This document shows, piece by piece, positions 24,598 to 34,459 of a DNA stretch of 62,896 nt. Location: the IMG/VR virus record IMGVR_UViG_3300025411_000009; one strand, 5' to 3'. Each line of letters begins with the position of its first letter. Position 1 is the first letter of the stretch. The notes under the pieces were generated by a model. It saw only the letters and a list, made by a program, of their open reading frames with translations. It was not told the origin of the DNA and did not search any database. This stretch comes from an uncultured virus (IMG/VR IMGVR_UViG_3300025411_000009) (lineage: Duplodnaviria; Heunggongvirae; Uroviricota; Caudoviricetes). Made by a program: the position numbers and the translations under genes.

Positions 24598-25272
24598 TTA
24601 TGCTCCTAATTTAGATTCTTTAGCCTCAAATGCGATCCAATATTGAATATCATCTTTGGTGTTTTTAAAATGACCAATACCTTTGAAAGAAATTTGAACA
24701 TCATAACTTCCTGGTATTAGTTTAATATTTTCGGTTTTAAATACAATGTTGTATTGTTTACCGTTACCTGTGCCGACTTCAATTGCGTTTGTGTGTGCTG
24801 AGTTGTCTGCGGCATCAAAAGTAATTACTTCGATTTTATCTCCGTCAGATTTAATTCCGATATGAGGTGATGATAAAACAGATGCTGTTTTTAAAGCCCA
24901 ATCTAAATCTTCGGATGATAATGTGAATGAACAATCAACAGATGGAAGAGTTAATTCTTTTTCTGGTGGTGTTACAATCATTTCTTTAGCGGTCATACGA
25001 TAACTTGTTTTACGTTTACCGCTTTTGAATACGATATTTGTTGAGTCAAAATCTAGTTCAGCTGAATCTTTAAATAAAGAATGGACTGATAAGAATTGAT
25101 TCAAATCGTAAATACAAAAATCTTGTGGGAAATCGTCTTTAAGAATAGCTTGTGCTAACACAGTCTTACTTGCTGAAACTGTTGTTAGTTTAGTGCCTTT
25201 CTTAAACTGAATGCCTTGGTTGATTGAAGAGAAATTCTTCAATACGCTTAATGTTTCATTAGATAACTTCAT
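24598..25272 (-). CDS. 45: Sliding clamp gp45
   Basis: MKLSNETLSVLKNFSSIN, IYDLNQFL, YWIAFE. Confidence 0.95.
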   Translation of the reverse strand: MKLSNETLSVLKNFSSINQGIQFKKGTKLTTVSASKTVLAQAILKDDFPQDFCIYDLNQFLSVHSLFKDSAELDFDSTNIVFKSGKRKTSYRMTAKEMIVTPPEKELTLPSVDCSFTLSSEDLDWALKTASVLSSPHIGIKSDGDKIEVITFDAADNSAHTNAIEVGTGNGKQYNIVFKTENIKLIPGSYDVQISFKGIGHFKNTKDDIQYWIAFEAKESKLGA

Positions 25273-25927
25273 ATAATTCTTCTCCATGATATAGTAGTTT
25301 ATTCATTATACTGCTTCCTAACTTACTTGTCAATACTTTGATTAGATTGACCTGTAATTCTGCCTTTGTGCCATTGTTACAAACTGTGGCATCGGTATGA
25401 CTTCCTACCCATGCCCATTCTGATTCATGGACACCAAATTTTTTCATTAATTCTATTTTAAATTCCATGTCATTATCGTTGGCCATATCTTCATACCAAA
25501 TAGGATTTTGTCCTCTTTTGAGTTCGATTACAATACCACCTTTTTCGTGTATCCAATCTATTTCATTTGGAAAACGAACATCAGTAATAACATAATCCGT
25601 AGCAAATTTAATCCTATTCTCTAATGACAACACCCAAAAATCTTTATGGAATGTATCACGACCTGCTTCAGTACCAACTTTTTGTAGTGCTTCACGAGGG
25701 GTAAAATCTCTGCTCATCTTATCAGACCAAAATTTATCTGGTGTTTCTCTAAACTGACGGGATTCATCAGTATCACCTTCTAAAAGATGCCTAGGCCATC
25801 CAAACATGACGGAGGCGACATCTTTAACGCCATTGGCGAAACTCTCTTGATGAAAGTTCATATCTTTTAGAATCTCACCGGCAGTCCCTTTACCTGACCC
25901 CATGAAGCCTACAAACCCGATAATCAT
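25259..25927 (-). CDS. Deoxynucleoside monophosphate kinase (gp1-like)
   Basis: GFMGSGKGT, TPREALQKVGTE, ITDVRFPNE, HESE. Confidence 0.9.
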   Translation of the reverse strand: MIIGFVGFMGSGKGTAGEILKDMNFHQESFANGVKDVASVMFGWPRHLLEGDTDESRQFRETPDKFWSDKMSRDFTPREALQKVGTEAGRDTFHKDFWVLSLENRIKFATDYVITDVRFPNEIDWIHEKGGIVIELKRGQNPIWYEDMANDNDMEFKIELMKKFGVHESEWAWVGSHTDATVCNNGTKAELQVNLIKVLTSKLGSSIMNKLLYHGEELYEVI

Positions 25928-26036
25928 TTACGTTTTTGGTATAATGATTGAATTTGTTGGATATTGGAGGTGTTAGCTTCAATTGGTCTGTATTCAATTT
26001 TAGATAACAAATCTCTAATTTTATCAATATTAGACA

Positions 26037-26855
26037 TTACATTTCTCCAACAAAATTAGCAACAGCAGGCATATCACCGTGGAAGTGATAGGTACCAATG
26101 TGTGCAGTTCTCATCCATGGACATAAGTAGATTTGTCCACCCATTTTACGCCACATTTGACAGAACATATAGTCTTCTGAAAGGTATCTGTCAGAGCCGC
26201 CACCTGTGATACTATCTTTTGTATCGATAACGGTATCAAAGAAAGCGTGAATGTATCTTGAACCGTCAAAGTGTGCTTGACCAACATGGTCTGGTTTATA
26301 TCTAATTTCTGGATATTGTTTTTCCATTTTAGCAAACACTTCTCGTTTTACCATCATGAAACCTGTACCAATTTCTAATACATCTAATGGTTCTGATACA
26401 TTAAATTGAGCCGTGCCTTTAACTGGATTGAATACGAAATCACCAACAACTTTTTCTAAATCTTGTGGGTTCATAGTTGGATTCTTTTTAAGTGCTGTAG
26501 CTGCTGAACGCCACTTAATTGCCTTTTTAGGATAAGGACCACCAATAACATCTTTATCTAATGCTAACATAGCAATAACATCTTGTGGATTGAAATTGAT
26601 GTCAGAGTCGATGAATAGTAAATGAGTAGCATCTGAACGATGGATAAACTCATCAACAAGATAATTTCTTGCTCGTGTAATTAATGATTCATTGAATAGG
26701 AATGAGAATTTACTTTGAATGCCATATTGCATACAAATAGCTTGTAAATCTAAACATGACTTCATGTATAAACCATGGTTCATGCCACCATACATTGGTG
26801 TTGCTACAAATAATCTTTTTGTCTGTAACTGTTCTTTTTTAATTGAAATTTCCAT
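26037..26855 (-). CDS. Putative GT-A glycosyltransferase
   Basis: VATPMYGG, ESLITRARN, LFIDSDI (DxD), GTGFM, SEDYMFC. Confidence 0.7.
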   Translation of the reverse strand: MEISIKKEQLQTKRLFVATPMYGGMNHGLYMKSCLDLQAICMQYGIQSKFSFLFNESLITRARNYLVDEFIHRSDATHLLFIDSDINFNPQDVIAMLALDKDVIGGPYPKKAIKWRSAATALKKNPTMNPQDLEKVVGDFVFNPVKGTAQFNVSEPLDVLEIGTGFMMVKREVFAKMEKQYPEIRYKPDHVGQAHFDGSRYIHAFFDTVIDTKDSITGGGSDRYLSEDYMFCQMWRKMGGQIYLCPWMRTAHIGTYHFHGDMPAVANFVGEM

Positions 26856-26872
26856 ATGCTCTCCGTAATAAT

Positions 26873-26906
26873 AAAAAAAAGGAGTTAGTCATTGCGGCTA
26901 ACTCCT
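26873..26906 (-). terminator. Rho-independent terminator
   Basis: AGGAGTTAG/CTAACTCCT stem followed by a T-run on the minus strand. Confidence 0.75.
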
Positions 26907-26925
26907 CTTTGAATCTGCTTATTGA

Positions 26926-27192
26926 TTAAGCAGTGAAAGAATAGCCAGCACGTAAAGCAGCTTGAACAAGTGCTTTAGATGGAGTGCCTAAGCGATAGTA
27001 TTTTACTTTGTTACCATTAGCATCTAACTTTGTGTTAGTGTAGATAACATTACCTTCTTGACGTAATTCGTCAATACGAGCAGACACATTTTTGATACCA
27101 AAACGGCGTTGTGCTTGCTTAACTGTGAATGTGTTGTAGCCAGATTCTTGTTTTAAGGCTGCTAACATTTTTTCTTTTGCTGATAACTTCAT
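26926..27192 (-). CDS. Small winged-HTH DNA-binding protein
   Basis: FGIKNVSARIDELRQEG HTH-like segment; AAGGAG RBS; upstream TTGACT-18-TATGAT promoter at 27246..27275. Confidence 0.6.
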   Translation of the reverse strand: MKLSAKEKMLAALKQESGYNTFTVKQAQRRFGIKNVSARIDELRQEGNVIYTNTKLDANGNKVKYYRLGTPSKALVQAALRAGYSFTA

Positions 27193-27292
27193 ATATAACT
27201 CCTTCATAATTTAATAAAAAACCTCGTATCACAACGAGAAATAACATCATATCATATATGTATGACATAAGTCAATACATTTTGTGGCATAT

Positions 27293-28345
27293 TTAAATTA
27301 CTACCGCTTTTCCATTAATATCAACAACACCACTTTCTTTTGGTTTGCCGTTATTGAATGGATCAGGTGTAATATCTTGTGCTAAAAATCCAATAAATTT
27401 TATTGGATGGCTAGCAATAATATCTTCTAATTTTACTTTTAAACCTAGTTTTTGCATACGGAAAACTTCTGCTTCACAATCAAGTCGGATAAAATTATCA
27501 AAAGCTTGTTTGTATTGTTTTCTTTGTTTGTATAATTTAGGAGCAGGTTCTGGTTTAGAGATCCAAGCAAAATATTCAATTTGTTGTCCATTATAATCTT
27601 TATATAAATTTTTAGATTCATATAATGTTGTTTTTGGAGTTTTTTGACTTGTGATATAACCCAATCTATTTGTTTTACCATATCTTGCTTCTCCTTGAAA
27701 TGGGAGATTATTTTTTTCAGCAAATGTTTTGGTTGAATTTGAACCTGTACCGGCATGATAACATAACAAAGTATCAGAAAAAGATACTTGCCTTCTAACT
27801 CTCTCAAAAATTGTTTTTTGGTTATTTGGAGTTTTATCTGCTGCTAATACTGATATAAGTTCTTTTACATCATTATCATCATTAGGTATTTCTTTACTAG
27901 ATATAGATTCAACAACTTGCTTAACAATATCATCCAGTGTATTTGGTATAACTGGCGTTAAATGATGATTAGTTGTTACTCTATGAATTCTTTCATCTTT
28001 TGGAGAATCAAATTCTAATACATCATATATCATTGTATCCCATTTAGCTTGTTCTGCAGCTGCATCTCTATGGTAACCAGATAATCCAATAAATCTATTT
28101 TTATTATTTGGATCAACTTTTACTGTAGGTGGCGAACAAGTATTAATAAATCCATTAACAAGAAATGAATCTCTTAATTCTGGAATTCTTTCTACTACCA
28201 CTTTAAGTAATCTTGGATTTTTATCTTTTGGATAAGTAACATCCACGCCTCTTTTTAAAACTACTCTTTTAATGTGGCTAACTCCTTTTGGATATTTTGG
28301 AGGACACATTTCTAAAGATTTTTGCACATCAAATAGTGCTTTCAT
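27293..28345 (-). CDS. ParB/Srx-like N-terminal domain protein
   Basis: LRDSF..NG....PP.V...LSGYHRDAA pattern; AAGGAG RBS. Confidence 0.5.
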   Translation of the reverse strand: MKALFDVQKSLEMCPPKYPKGVSHIKRVVLKRGVDVTYPKDKNPRLLKVVVERIPELRDSFLVNGFINTCSPPTVKVDPNNKNRFIGLSGYHRDAAAEQAKWDTMIYDVLEFDSPKDERIHRVTTNHHLTPVIPNTLDDIVKQVVESISSKEIPNDDNDVKELISVLAADKTPNNQKTIFERVRRQVSFSDTLLCYHAGTGSNSTKTFAEKNNLPFQGEARYGKTNRLGYITSQKTPKTTLYESKNLYKDYNGQQIEYFAWISKPEPAPKLYKQRKQYKQAFDNFIRLDCEAEVFRMQKLGLKVKLEDIIASHPIKFIGFLAQDITPDPFNNGKPKESGVVDINGKAVVI

Positions 28346-28423
28346 ATAATTCTCCTTAATTAAATTAGAACATCTAAAATAATACTACCAGATACTAATT
28401 CTACTGAATTAATATCCTTACTA

Positions 28424-29689
28424 CTATCTACCAACTTGAACAAGATATTTTTCTTTTGTTTCTTCCCAAGTGAGGTAAATTAAGTCATCATAGAATAAGG
28501 ATTCTTTAGATACCTTATCTTTCTTCTTGAGCATTGATATTCTACCTTTAGCATATTTGGTTTTCCAAATATCAGTAAGTGCTTTAGTAGAAGTATCAAA
28601 TGATTTAACCAACTGGTCGTCAGTAATTTCTTTTCTTAAATATTCGTTTGTATTGTTATAGAGTGGTGCAAAGTAAATACCACGTTGATGCTCTGTTCTA
28701 ATAAGTTGCTTAGGTATACCAAGTTTTGGATAAGCAAAGTTTAATGAACGGTTCTTATGGTCACGCTTAAGTGGAAGACCTTGAGTATTTTTGGCATCCC
28801 ACCATTCAAAGTATTTGCGTGGATAATTCTCTTTAATCCAATCATATATCATCTTTGAGGTTGTGCGTTTAGGTTCAAAGGCAACAGAACCAGATGAGAA
28901 TCCCATAGCGTTCCAATGTTCTAGACCATCATATTGAGATAACCCACCAGCTTTTGCTTTACCATATAGTGATGTTGTGGTAACTGCCACAAGAGTATCA
29001 CCATATCTTTCTTTCCAATCTTTCTGAATTCTATCATCTAAACATAATAAAGCAAGCAACTTACCACCCATGTAATTATAACCAAGCGGTTGTAATGGAA
29101 CAATTGTTGAACCAATTGCTGTATGATTAATCATGCCTTGTTGTGTTTTAACATCTCTAGACCAACCAATTGCTTTATCTCTTGGTGTCAAATCAAGAAA
29201 GTCAGATGAGATACAAATCACACCAAGATATTTGCCAGTAGGTTCATCTTTTACTGTATAGAATAGATTTCTGCCAATATTTGAATTATTTTTCATTGTT
29301 GATGAGAATGTTCTAATAGCATTCCATCTTTCTGCCAAATCTCCATTAGATAATTCTAATATAGGTTGTAACTTTTCATAATCATCTGGATTATCTGGCA
29401 TCCAAAAGTTTGTTTTAACATCTTTAATAATCTTTTCTTGTTCTGGATTAACCATTTGAAGTTCTTCACCAAATAGTGTAGACACCATTTGAGTTGGATA
29501 TCTTTCTTTCACTTCACACCATTTTTGATAGAGAGTATATTCTTTAACATCCATTTGAGATGCATAAGTCAAATCAGAAATAAGTTTTTCTTTGAGCTCT
29601 GCTTCGTCAATATGTTCAATAGATGATGGAGGATTGGCCTCTTGCCATTCTGACCATTGTTTCTCTACAAATTCAATTGGTGTTGCCAT
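28424..29689 (-). CDS. DUF4338 (DruA-like / Mom-related GNAT) protein, paralogue 2
   Basis: GRNLFY, GKYLGVICI, PRDKAIGW, PLGYNYMGGKLLA, DW..RYG, TTTSLYG..SQYDG. Confidence 0.75.
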   Translation of the reverse strand: MATPIEFVEKQWSEWQEANPPSSIEHIDEAELKEKLISDLTYASQMDVKEYTLYQKWCEVKERYPTQMVSTLFGEELQMVNPEQEKIIKDVKTNFWMPDNPDDYEKLQPILELSNGDLAERWNAIRTFSSTMKNNSNIGRNLFYTVKDEPTGKYLGVICISSDFLDLTPRDKAIGWSRDVKTQQGMINHTAIGSTIVPLQPLGYNYMGGKLLALLCLDDRIQKDWKERYGDTLVAVTTTSLYGKAKAGGLSQYDGLEHWNAMGFSSGSVAFEPKRTTSKMIYDWIKENYPRKYFEWWDAKNTQGLPLKRDHKNRSLNFAYPKLGIPKQLIRTEHQRGIYFAPLYNNTNEYLRKEITDDQLVKSFDTSTKALTDIWKTKYAKGRISMLKKKDKVSKESLFYDDLIYLTWEETKEKYLVQVGR

Positions 29690-30258
29690 TATTTTAATCC
29701 TATTTTCTTCAAAATTTTATTTCTTTTATCCATACCCATTTTCAAAGCTAGTGGTTTTGCTTTTGATGTGTATACAAGGCCGTTCATGTGATCCAATTCA
29801 TGTTGGAAACAACGAGCAGATAATCCACTAAATTTGGCAGTTTTCTTTTCACCATTGAAATCTTGGTATTCAACCTCAATCGTTTCAGGTCTAGTGATTC
29901 GTAATGCCAAGAAAGGAAAAGATAAGCATCCTTCAATCATATGTGCTTCGCCTTCAAATTTGGTAATCTTTGGATTATAAAATGCCACATAATCATCATT
30001 AGCACCCATAACAAAAACTCTATGATTAAATCCACATTGATTGGCTGATAAACCAATACCGTGATTTGCCTTACAAGTTTCTACCAATGTAGAAGCGAAT
30101 TTATTTGGATCAACAGGAGGTTTAGAGAAATCAAACTCTGGTAAAACCTGTTTAAGTAAGGGATGTGTTTCAGGAACCAATTGAAATGTTTCAACTGGTA
30201 CCTTTGTTAAGGTTGGTTTTGCTAATTCTTCCGTATTAAATTTTATTTCATCACTCAT
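29689..30258 (-). CDS. def: Peptide deformylase
   Basis: GIGLSANQ, EGCLS, QHELDH. Confidence 0.96.
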   Translation of the reverse strand: MSDEIKFNTEELAKPTLTKVPVETFQLVPETHPLLKQVLPEFDFSKPPVDPNKFASTLVETCKANHGIGLSANQCGFNHRVFVMGANDDYVAFYNPKITKFEGEAHMIEGCLSFPFLALRITRPETIEVEYQDFNGEKKTAKFSGLSARCFQHELDHMNGLVYTSKAKPLALKMGMDKRNKILKKIGLK

Positions 30259-31970
30259 TTTGCCACCTGACTAAAGTTATTAATTTTCTCAAATTTGATT
30301 ATTGAACGGAACTTATCAAACAATTGGTCACCTTTGTGAGAGATGACAAATACATTCGTATCAGTTCGCATATCGTGTATTAGTTTTAAAAACTCTTCCG
30401 TACCTACACCGTCTAAAGAAGAATCAAACACTTCGTCTAATATTAATAGATTGGTATTTGTAGAATTCTTTAGTTTAGCAATTTGGCGCCATGTAAATAA
30501 TAGTGCCAAATCAATTCTCATCTTTTCGCCTTCTGAAAAATTAGCATAACTAAATTCATCTCGGTGTCTAGATTTAATTGTTTCTTCAAAATTCTCATTG
30601 ATATTAAAATTCACGAAGAAATCCATTGCAGCCAAATACTTATTAATCAATTTATTCATGATAGGTAAGTATTGGCGAATAATCTTTGTTTTGATACCTG
30701 TATCTTTTAATAATGATGAAGCAATTTCTAGATATTGTTTTTCAACAGATAATTCTTCCTGTTTTGCAATCAATTCAGCAAGAGCTTCTTTAAGTTCTTT
30801 TAATTTAGCATTCTCATCTTCAAGGTTATCTTTATGAGATGTTAGGTCTTGTATTTCTGTTTGTAATTTACTAATATATGTTTGAACAGCAGATATTGTA
30901 GAGTTGTGTTTAACAATCTCATTATTGTGTTCTTGAATATGTTTAATTATTCCTTGGATTTCAATAATTCTTCTATTAGCTGATTCAATTTGGGATGCGA
31001 GTCCTTGGAGTCCTGTTGTGATTTCACCAAGTTTTGTCCTTCGAGTATCAACTTGCTCTGTTCTAAAAGACTCCTCGATATTCTGTTTACAGGTTGGGCA
31101 GTTGTCGTTTTCTTCATAAAATGTTATATCCTTTTCAATTTTTTTAACATTAGATTCTAATTTAGCTTCAAGTTGTAGAAGTTTTCTAGATTTCGTTTCA
31201 ATGCTAAGTTTATCATTAATCTTACTTTGTAATACATCAATGTGCTTTTGGACTAAAACACAGTCTTCAAGTAATTGTGCTATTTGTTGCTCTGATGTTT
31301 CTATTTCGTTTTTCTTTTTTTCTATTTCTGAATCATTGTGTTTCTTATGCTCTTCAATGGCCTCTTTCTGAAGTTTAATTTTTTCAGCAGTTAAGTCCAT
31401 ATCATATTTGTTTTTGGTATAACTATCTTTAATAATGGACATCTTATCTTTAACAACAGAATTCATTGTTGAGAATATTTGAATATCTAATAAGTCTTCA
31501 ATGATTGCTCTTCTATCACCTGGTGATAATTGCATGAACGGAACAAATGAAGCAGAACCCAATATAACCACTTGTGTGAATGATTTATAATTGAGTTTAA
31601 GAATATGCTTTTCTAATTGCTCTTGATAGTCTACTGATTTAGCATCTTGGTCTACTAACTTGCCGTTAAGATAAACTTCAAATGTATTAGGTTTAATACC
31701 ACGAATAACTTTATATTGTTTTTGGCCAATAGAAAATTCTACTTCAACAATGCCTTCTGCTTGATTGATAGAATTAAGTAAAGATGCTTTAGGTATTTTA
31801 CGAAATGGTTTACCAAATAAACCAAAACATAGCGCATCAAGAATAGTGGATTTACCTGCACCATTTTTGCCTATGATTAGAGTATTAGGTGACCTTACTA
31901 AATTAATTTCAGTAAAGACGTTAGGTGTGGAAAGAATATTCTTCCATCGTAATTTTTGAAATATAATCAT
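30255..31970 (-). CDS. 46: Recombination endonuclease subunit gp46 (Rad50/SbcC-like)
   Basis: GKNGAGKS, CPTC zinc hook, FSEGE, LDEVFD. Confidence 0.97.
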   Translation of the reverse strand: MIIFQKLRWKNILSTPNVFTEINLVRSPNTLIIGKNGAGKSTILDALCFGLFGKPFRKIPKASLLNSINQAEGIVEVEFSIGQKQYKVIRGIKPNTFEVYLNGKLVDQDAKSVDYQEQLEKHILKLNYKSFTQVVILGSASFVPFMQLSPGDRRAIIEDLLDIQIFSTMNSVVKDKMSIIKDSYTKNKYDMDLTAEKIKLQKEAIEEHKKHNDSEIEKKKNEIETSEQQIAQLLEDCVLVQKHIDVLQSKINDKLSIETKSRKLLQLEAKLESNVKKIEKDITFYEENDNCPTCKQNIEESFRTEQVDTRRTKLGEITTGLQGLASQIESANRRIIEIQGIIKHIQEHNNEIVKHNSTISAVQTYISKLQTEIQDLTSHKDNLEDENAKLKELKEALAELIAKQEELSVEKQYLEIASSLLKDTGIKTKIIRQYLPIMNKLINKYLAAMDFFVNFNINENFEETIKSRHRDEFSYANFSEGEKMRIDLALLFTWRQIAKLKNSTNTNLLILDEVFDSSLDGVGTEEFLKLIHDMRTDTNVFVISHKGDQLFDKFRSIIKFEKINNFSQVAK

Positions 31971-33037
31971 TCGTTCTCTATATTAAGTGCTTCAACGTAA
32001 AGGTTACGCATCACAGTTTTAAGTCTAATGTTATCAATATTTTCTTCTTTAATTCCATCCACAAACTTTTCAATAATTGACATTGTGTCTTCAGCCTGGT
32101 CCACCATATCATCTTCCACGCCTTCTGTCAAGTCTGTAAAATCTTCTGCCACGGTAACATCAGCAGGATTAACTGAATATAGATTTGCCATAAACTTGTC
32201 AAACAAGAATGGATTAGTTTTATTGATAACAACAACTTTAACATATGTGTTGGTATACTTACTTAAATCCATATTATTGATTTCTGTAATGGAGTTTTCT
32301 TTATCGTTATAAGGTAACTTGTGGAACATTGTATTTGGATTAGCAACAAATTCAAGTTCAAGTTTTTCTGTATCAAATAAATGGAAACCACGAGTGTCAT
32401 CATAGTCACCCCATGTTAATTCGTATGGATTACCAAGATAGTAAATATTATCTTGATGATGCCTGTGATGATAATGACCAGAGAATACCATATCAAATCG
32501 TTTGAATATATTTCTATCTAAACCTTCTTGACTTGGAAAACCTCGTTGCATAGCAAACCCAGCAATCTCAAAATGTCCCATACAAACAATAGCATCAGAT
32601 TCTTGAATATGTTGCATAGCTTGAGCATAATTATCTGGTGCTATCCATGGTATCATGCAGATTGCAGTTTCATCAAGATATATGTCAGTTGGTGTATCAA
32701 GAATTTCAATGTTGTTATATTCTGCTAATAATAAATCAACAGAATTAACATCATTGGTATTTTTGAAATAAGTATCATGATTACCTGCAATCATATGGAT
32801 TTTGATATTCAATTCAACCAATTTATCAAAGAACATTTCTTTAGTTCGTTTGAGTGTATTGAAATTCACATACTTTCTTCTATCAAAAGTATCTCCAAGG
32901 ATAAGGAGTGTTGTGATATTATTTTCAACTAATTTTGGAAAGAATGTATCACGATAAAACTTCTCGTAAAAATCTAGAAATTGTGTTGAATCGTTTCTAG
33001 CACCAAAATGTTGGTCTGTTATAATTGCTATTTTCAT
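31967..33037 (-). CDS. 47: Recombination endonuclease subunit gp47 (Mre11/SbcD-like)
   Basis: DQHFG, GDTFD, GNHD, SGHYH. Confidence 0.97.
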   Translation of the reverse strand: MKIAIITDQHFGARNDSTQFLDFYEKFYRDTFFPKLVENNITTLLILGDTFDRRKYVNFNTLKRTKEMFFDKLVELNIKIHMIAGNHDTYFKNTNDVNSVDLLLAEYNNIEILDTPTDIYLDETAICMIPWIAPDNYAQAMQHIQESDAIVCMGHFEIAGFAMQRGFPSQEGLDRNIFKRFDMVFSGHYHHRHHQDNIYYLGNPYELTWGDYDDTRGFHLFDTEKLELEFVANPNTMFHKLPYNDKENSITEINNMDLSKYTNTYVKVVVINKTNPFLFDKFMANLYSVNPADVTVAEDFTDLTEGVEDDMVDQAEDTMSIIEKFVDGIKEENIDNIRLKTVMRNLYVEALNIENE

Positions 33038-33438
33038 TATGATAAATCTTTAACTCTTTGTCGGAGTTCAGTTGTTGAGAAAGAATGCTTTCTATTATTA
33101 TAAATGATTTTAATACCAGGTATCTTTTTACCGGTAAAATCTTTAAATTCATATTCACGACCGACTATCCTAACATCAATTTTGATGGAAAGCAAGATGT
33201 CCATCAAATCTTTTTCGGTAGAATATGGAATAATTTCATCAATATACTTACAAGCTTGTAGTTGGATAAATCGCTCAAATACCGATTGAACAGGCTTATT
33301 CTTTTCTGGCCTATCAAGTGTGGGGTCTGTTTGAAGTCCTACAATGAGATAATCACAATGTGTTTTTGCCTCTTTTAGCATCATGATATGACCTGCGTGG
33401 AACAAATCAAATGCGGAACAAGTGAATCCTATTTTCAT
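33037..33438 (-). CDS. Cytidylyltransferase (TagD-like)
   Basis: FDLFHAGH (HxGH), STTELR. Confidence 0.9.
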   Translation of the reverse strand: MKIGFTCSAFDLFHAGHIMMLKEAKTHCDYLIVGLQTDPTLDRPEKNKPVQSVFERFIQLQACKYIDEIIPYSTEKDLMDILLSIKIDVRIVGREYEFKDFTGKKIPGIKIIYNNRKHSFSTTELRQRVKDLS

Positions 33439-33832
33439 ATTCTGCCATAACCCTTTCTGTTAATCTCAAAACTCGTTGCTTATATTGAAATCCAAGTAGT
33501 CCTGATTTTTCGCCTTTATCGTATGGCGCATTTCTACCTTGACTTGTATATTGTTCAACTGTCAAATCAATAATCTTATCGTTTAAATCTACAACCCACC
33601 AATGATAAATGCCTTCATCATCTAAGCCACGATACATCTTTACAGCAGATGAACCAAAAACTTTATATAAACAACCAGCCACATTATGACAATGACCAAA
33701 CATAGGATTAGATATGTTTCGTGCTTGCCATTTCTTTGGTATCAAATCAATCGTTAAATTCTTTTTGATTATCTCTGATATCTTGGCCAGATTTTCTTCG
33801 TTATACGGTATCTGGTTCAATGGGTTCTTCAT
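33407..33832 (-). CDS. Hypothetical protein (possible Cys-His-Asp transglutaminase-like triad)
   Basis: GHC...HWW...IIDLT pattern. Confidence 0.45.
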   Translation of the reverse strand: MKNPLNQIPYNEENLAKISEIIKKNLTIDLIPKKWQARNISNPMFGHCHNVAGCLYKVFGSSAVKMYRGLDDEGIYHWWVVDLNDKIIDLTVEQYTSQGRNAPYDKGEKSGLLGFQYKQRVLRLTERVMAEYENRIHLFRI

Positions 33833-34370
33833 CTAGAAATTTCTCAATACCTTTTGGTTTTTTTAATTCTTTTTTCTTTCGTTTAGTTTCTTCAAAGTTC
33901 TCAATGAATTCTGAAAGATTATCATACATTTCAAATTGCCTCATGGTACCATCTTCAAGTTCCATCATTTCAAATTCATCTAATATACCAAATTGTTCTG
34001 TTGCTTTATACTTAACATATTGCTGTTTCTTTTCTTTTTGGATTCTTCGTAGAAAAGCAAAGTAAATAATCTGTGTAAAATAAGCAAATGGATTTTTAGA
34101 TTTATCTGGATCAAAATTATTAAAATACATTAAACAGTTTTCAATACCATCAGAAATCATTTCATCTCTATATGTGTAATTGATAAAGTTTGCTTTATGT
34201 GATAATCCTTCGGCAATCTTCATGAAGCATTCACCAATGTAATTTGGTATAGGAGGTTCTTTAGTTCCTTTTTCTTGAGCATCTCTACAACCTTCTTTAT
34301 ACTTGATAAGTGCCTCAAGGAAGTCAGCATTGTTTACATATTCTTTTTTCTTTTTTTTGATTTCAGTCAT
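33801..34370 (-). CDS. 55: Late-transcription sigma factor gp55
   Basis: YVNNADF, NFINYTYRDEMISDGIENC, NPFAYFTQI. Confidence 0.96.
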   Translation of the reverse strand: MTEIKKKKKEYVNNADFLEALIKYKEGCRDAQEKGTKEPPIPNYIGECFMKIAEGLSHKANFINYTYRDEMISDGIENCLMYFNNFDPDKSKNPFAYFTQIIYFAFLRRIQKEKKQQYVKYKATEQFGILDEFEMMELEDGTMRQFEMYDNLSEFIENFEETKRKKKELKKPKGIEKFLDEEPIEPDTV

Positions 34371-34402
34371 TTTATTATCTTTCAAGTTTACCACATAAGT
34401 TA

Positions 34403-34431
34403 TTGACAAATAGGTTGACATCATGTATAGT
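34403..34431 (+). promoter_or_regulatory. Antisense sigma70-type promoter pointing toward uvsW
   Basis: TTGACA-17 nt-TATAGT on the plus strand; a second TTGACA at 34415..34420. Confidence 0.55.
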
Positions 34432-34459
34432 TCTGTATGTCCCCCTTTGATATATTATA

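Noticed and set aside
25924..26037. 37-codon minus-strand ORF between the GT and dNMP kinase genes
   Set aside because: The overlaps make it plausible, but it is too short and featureless to support a call
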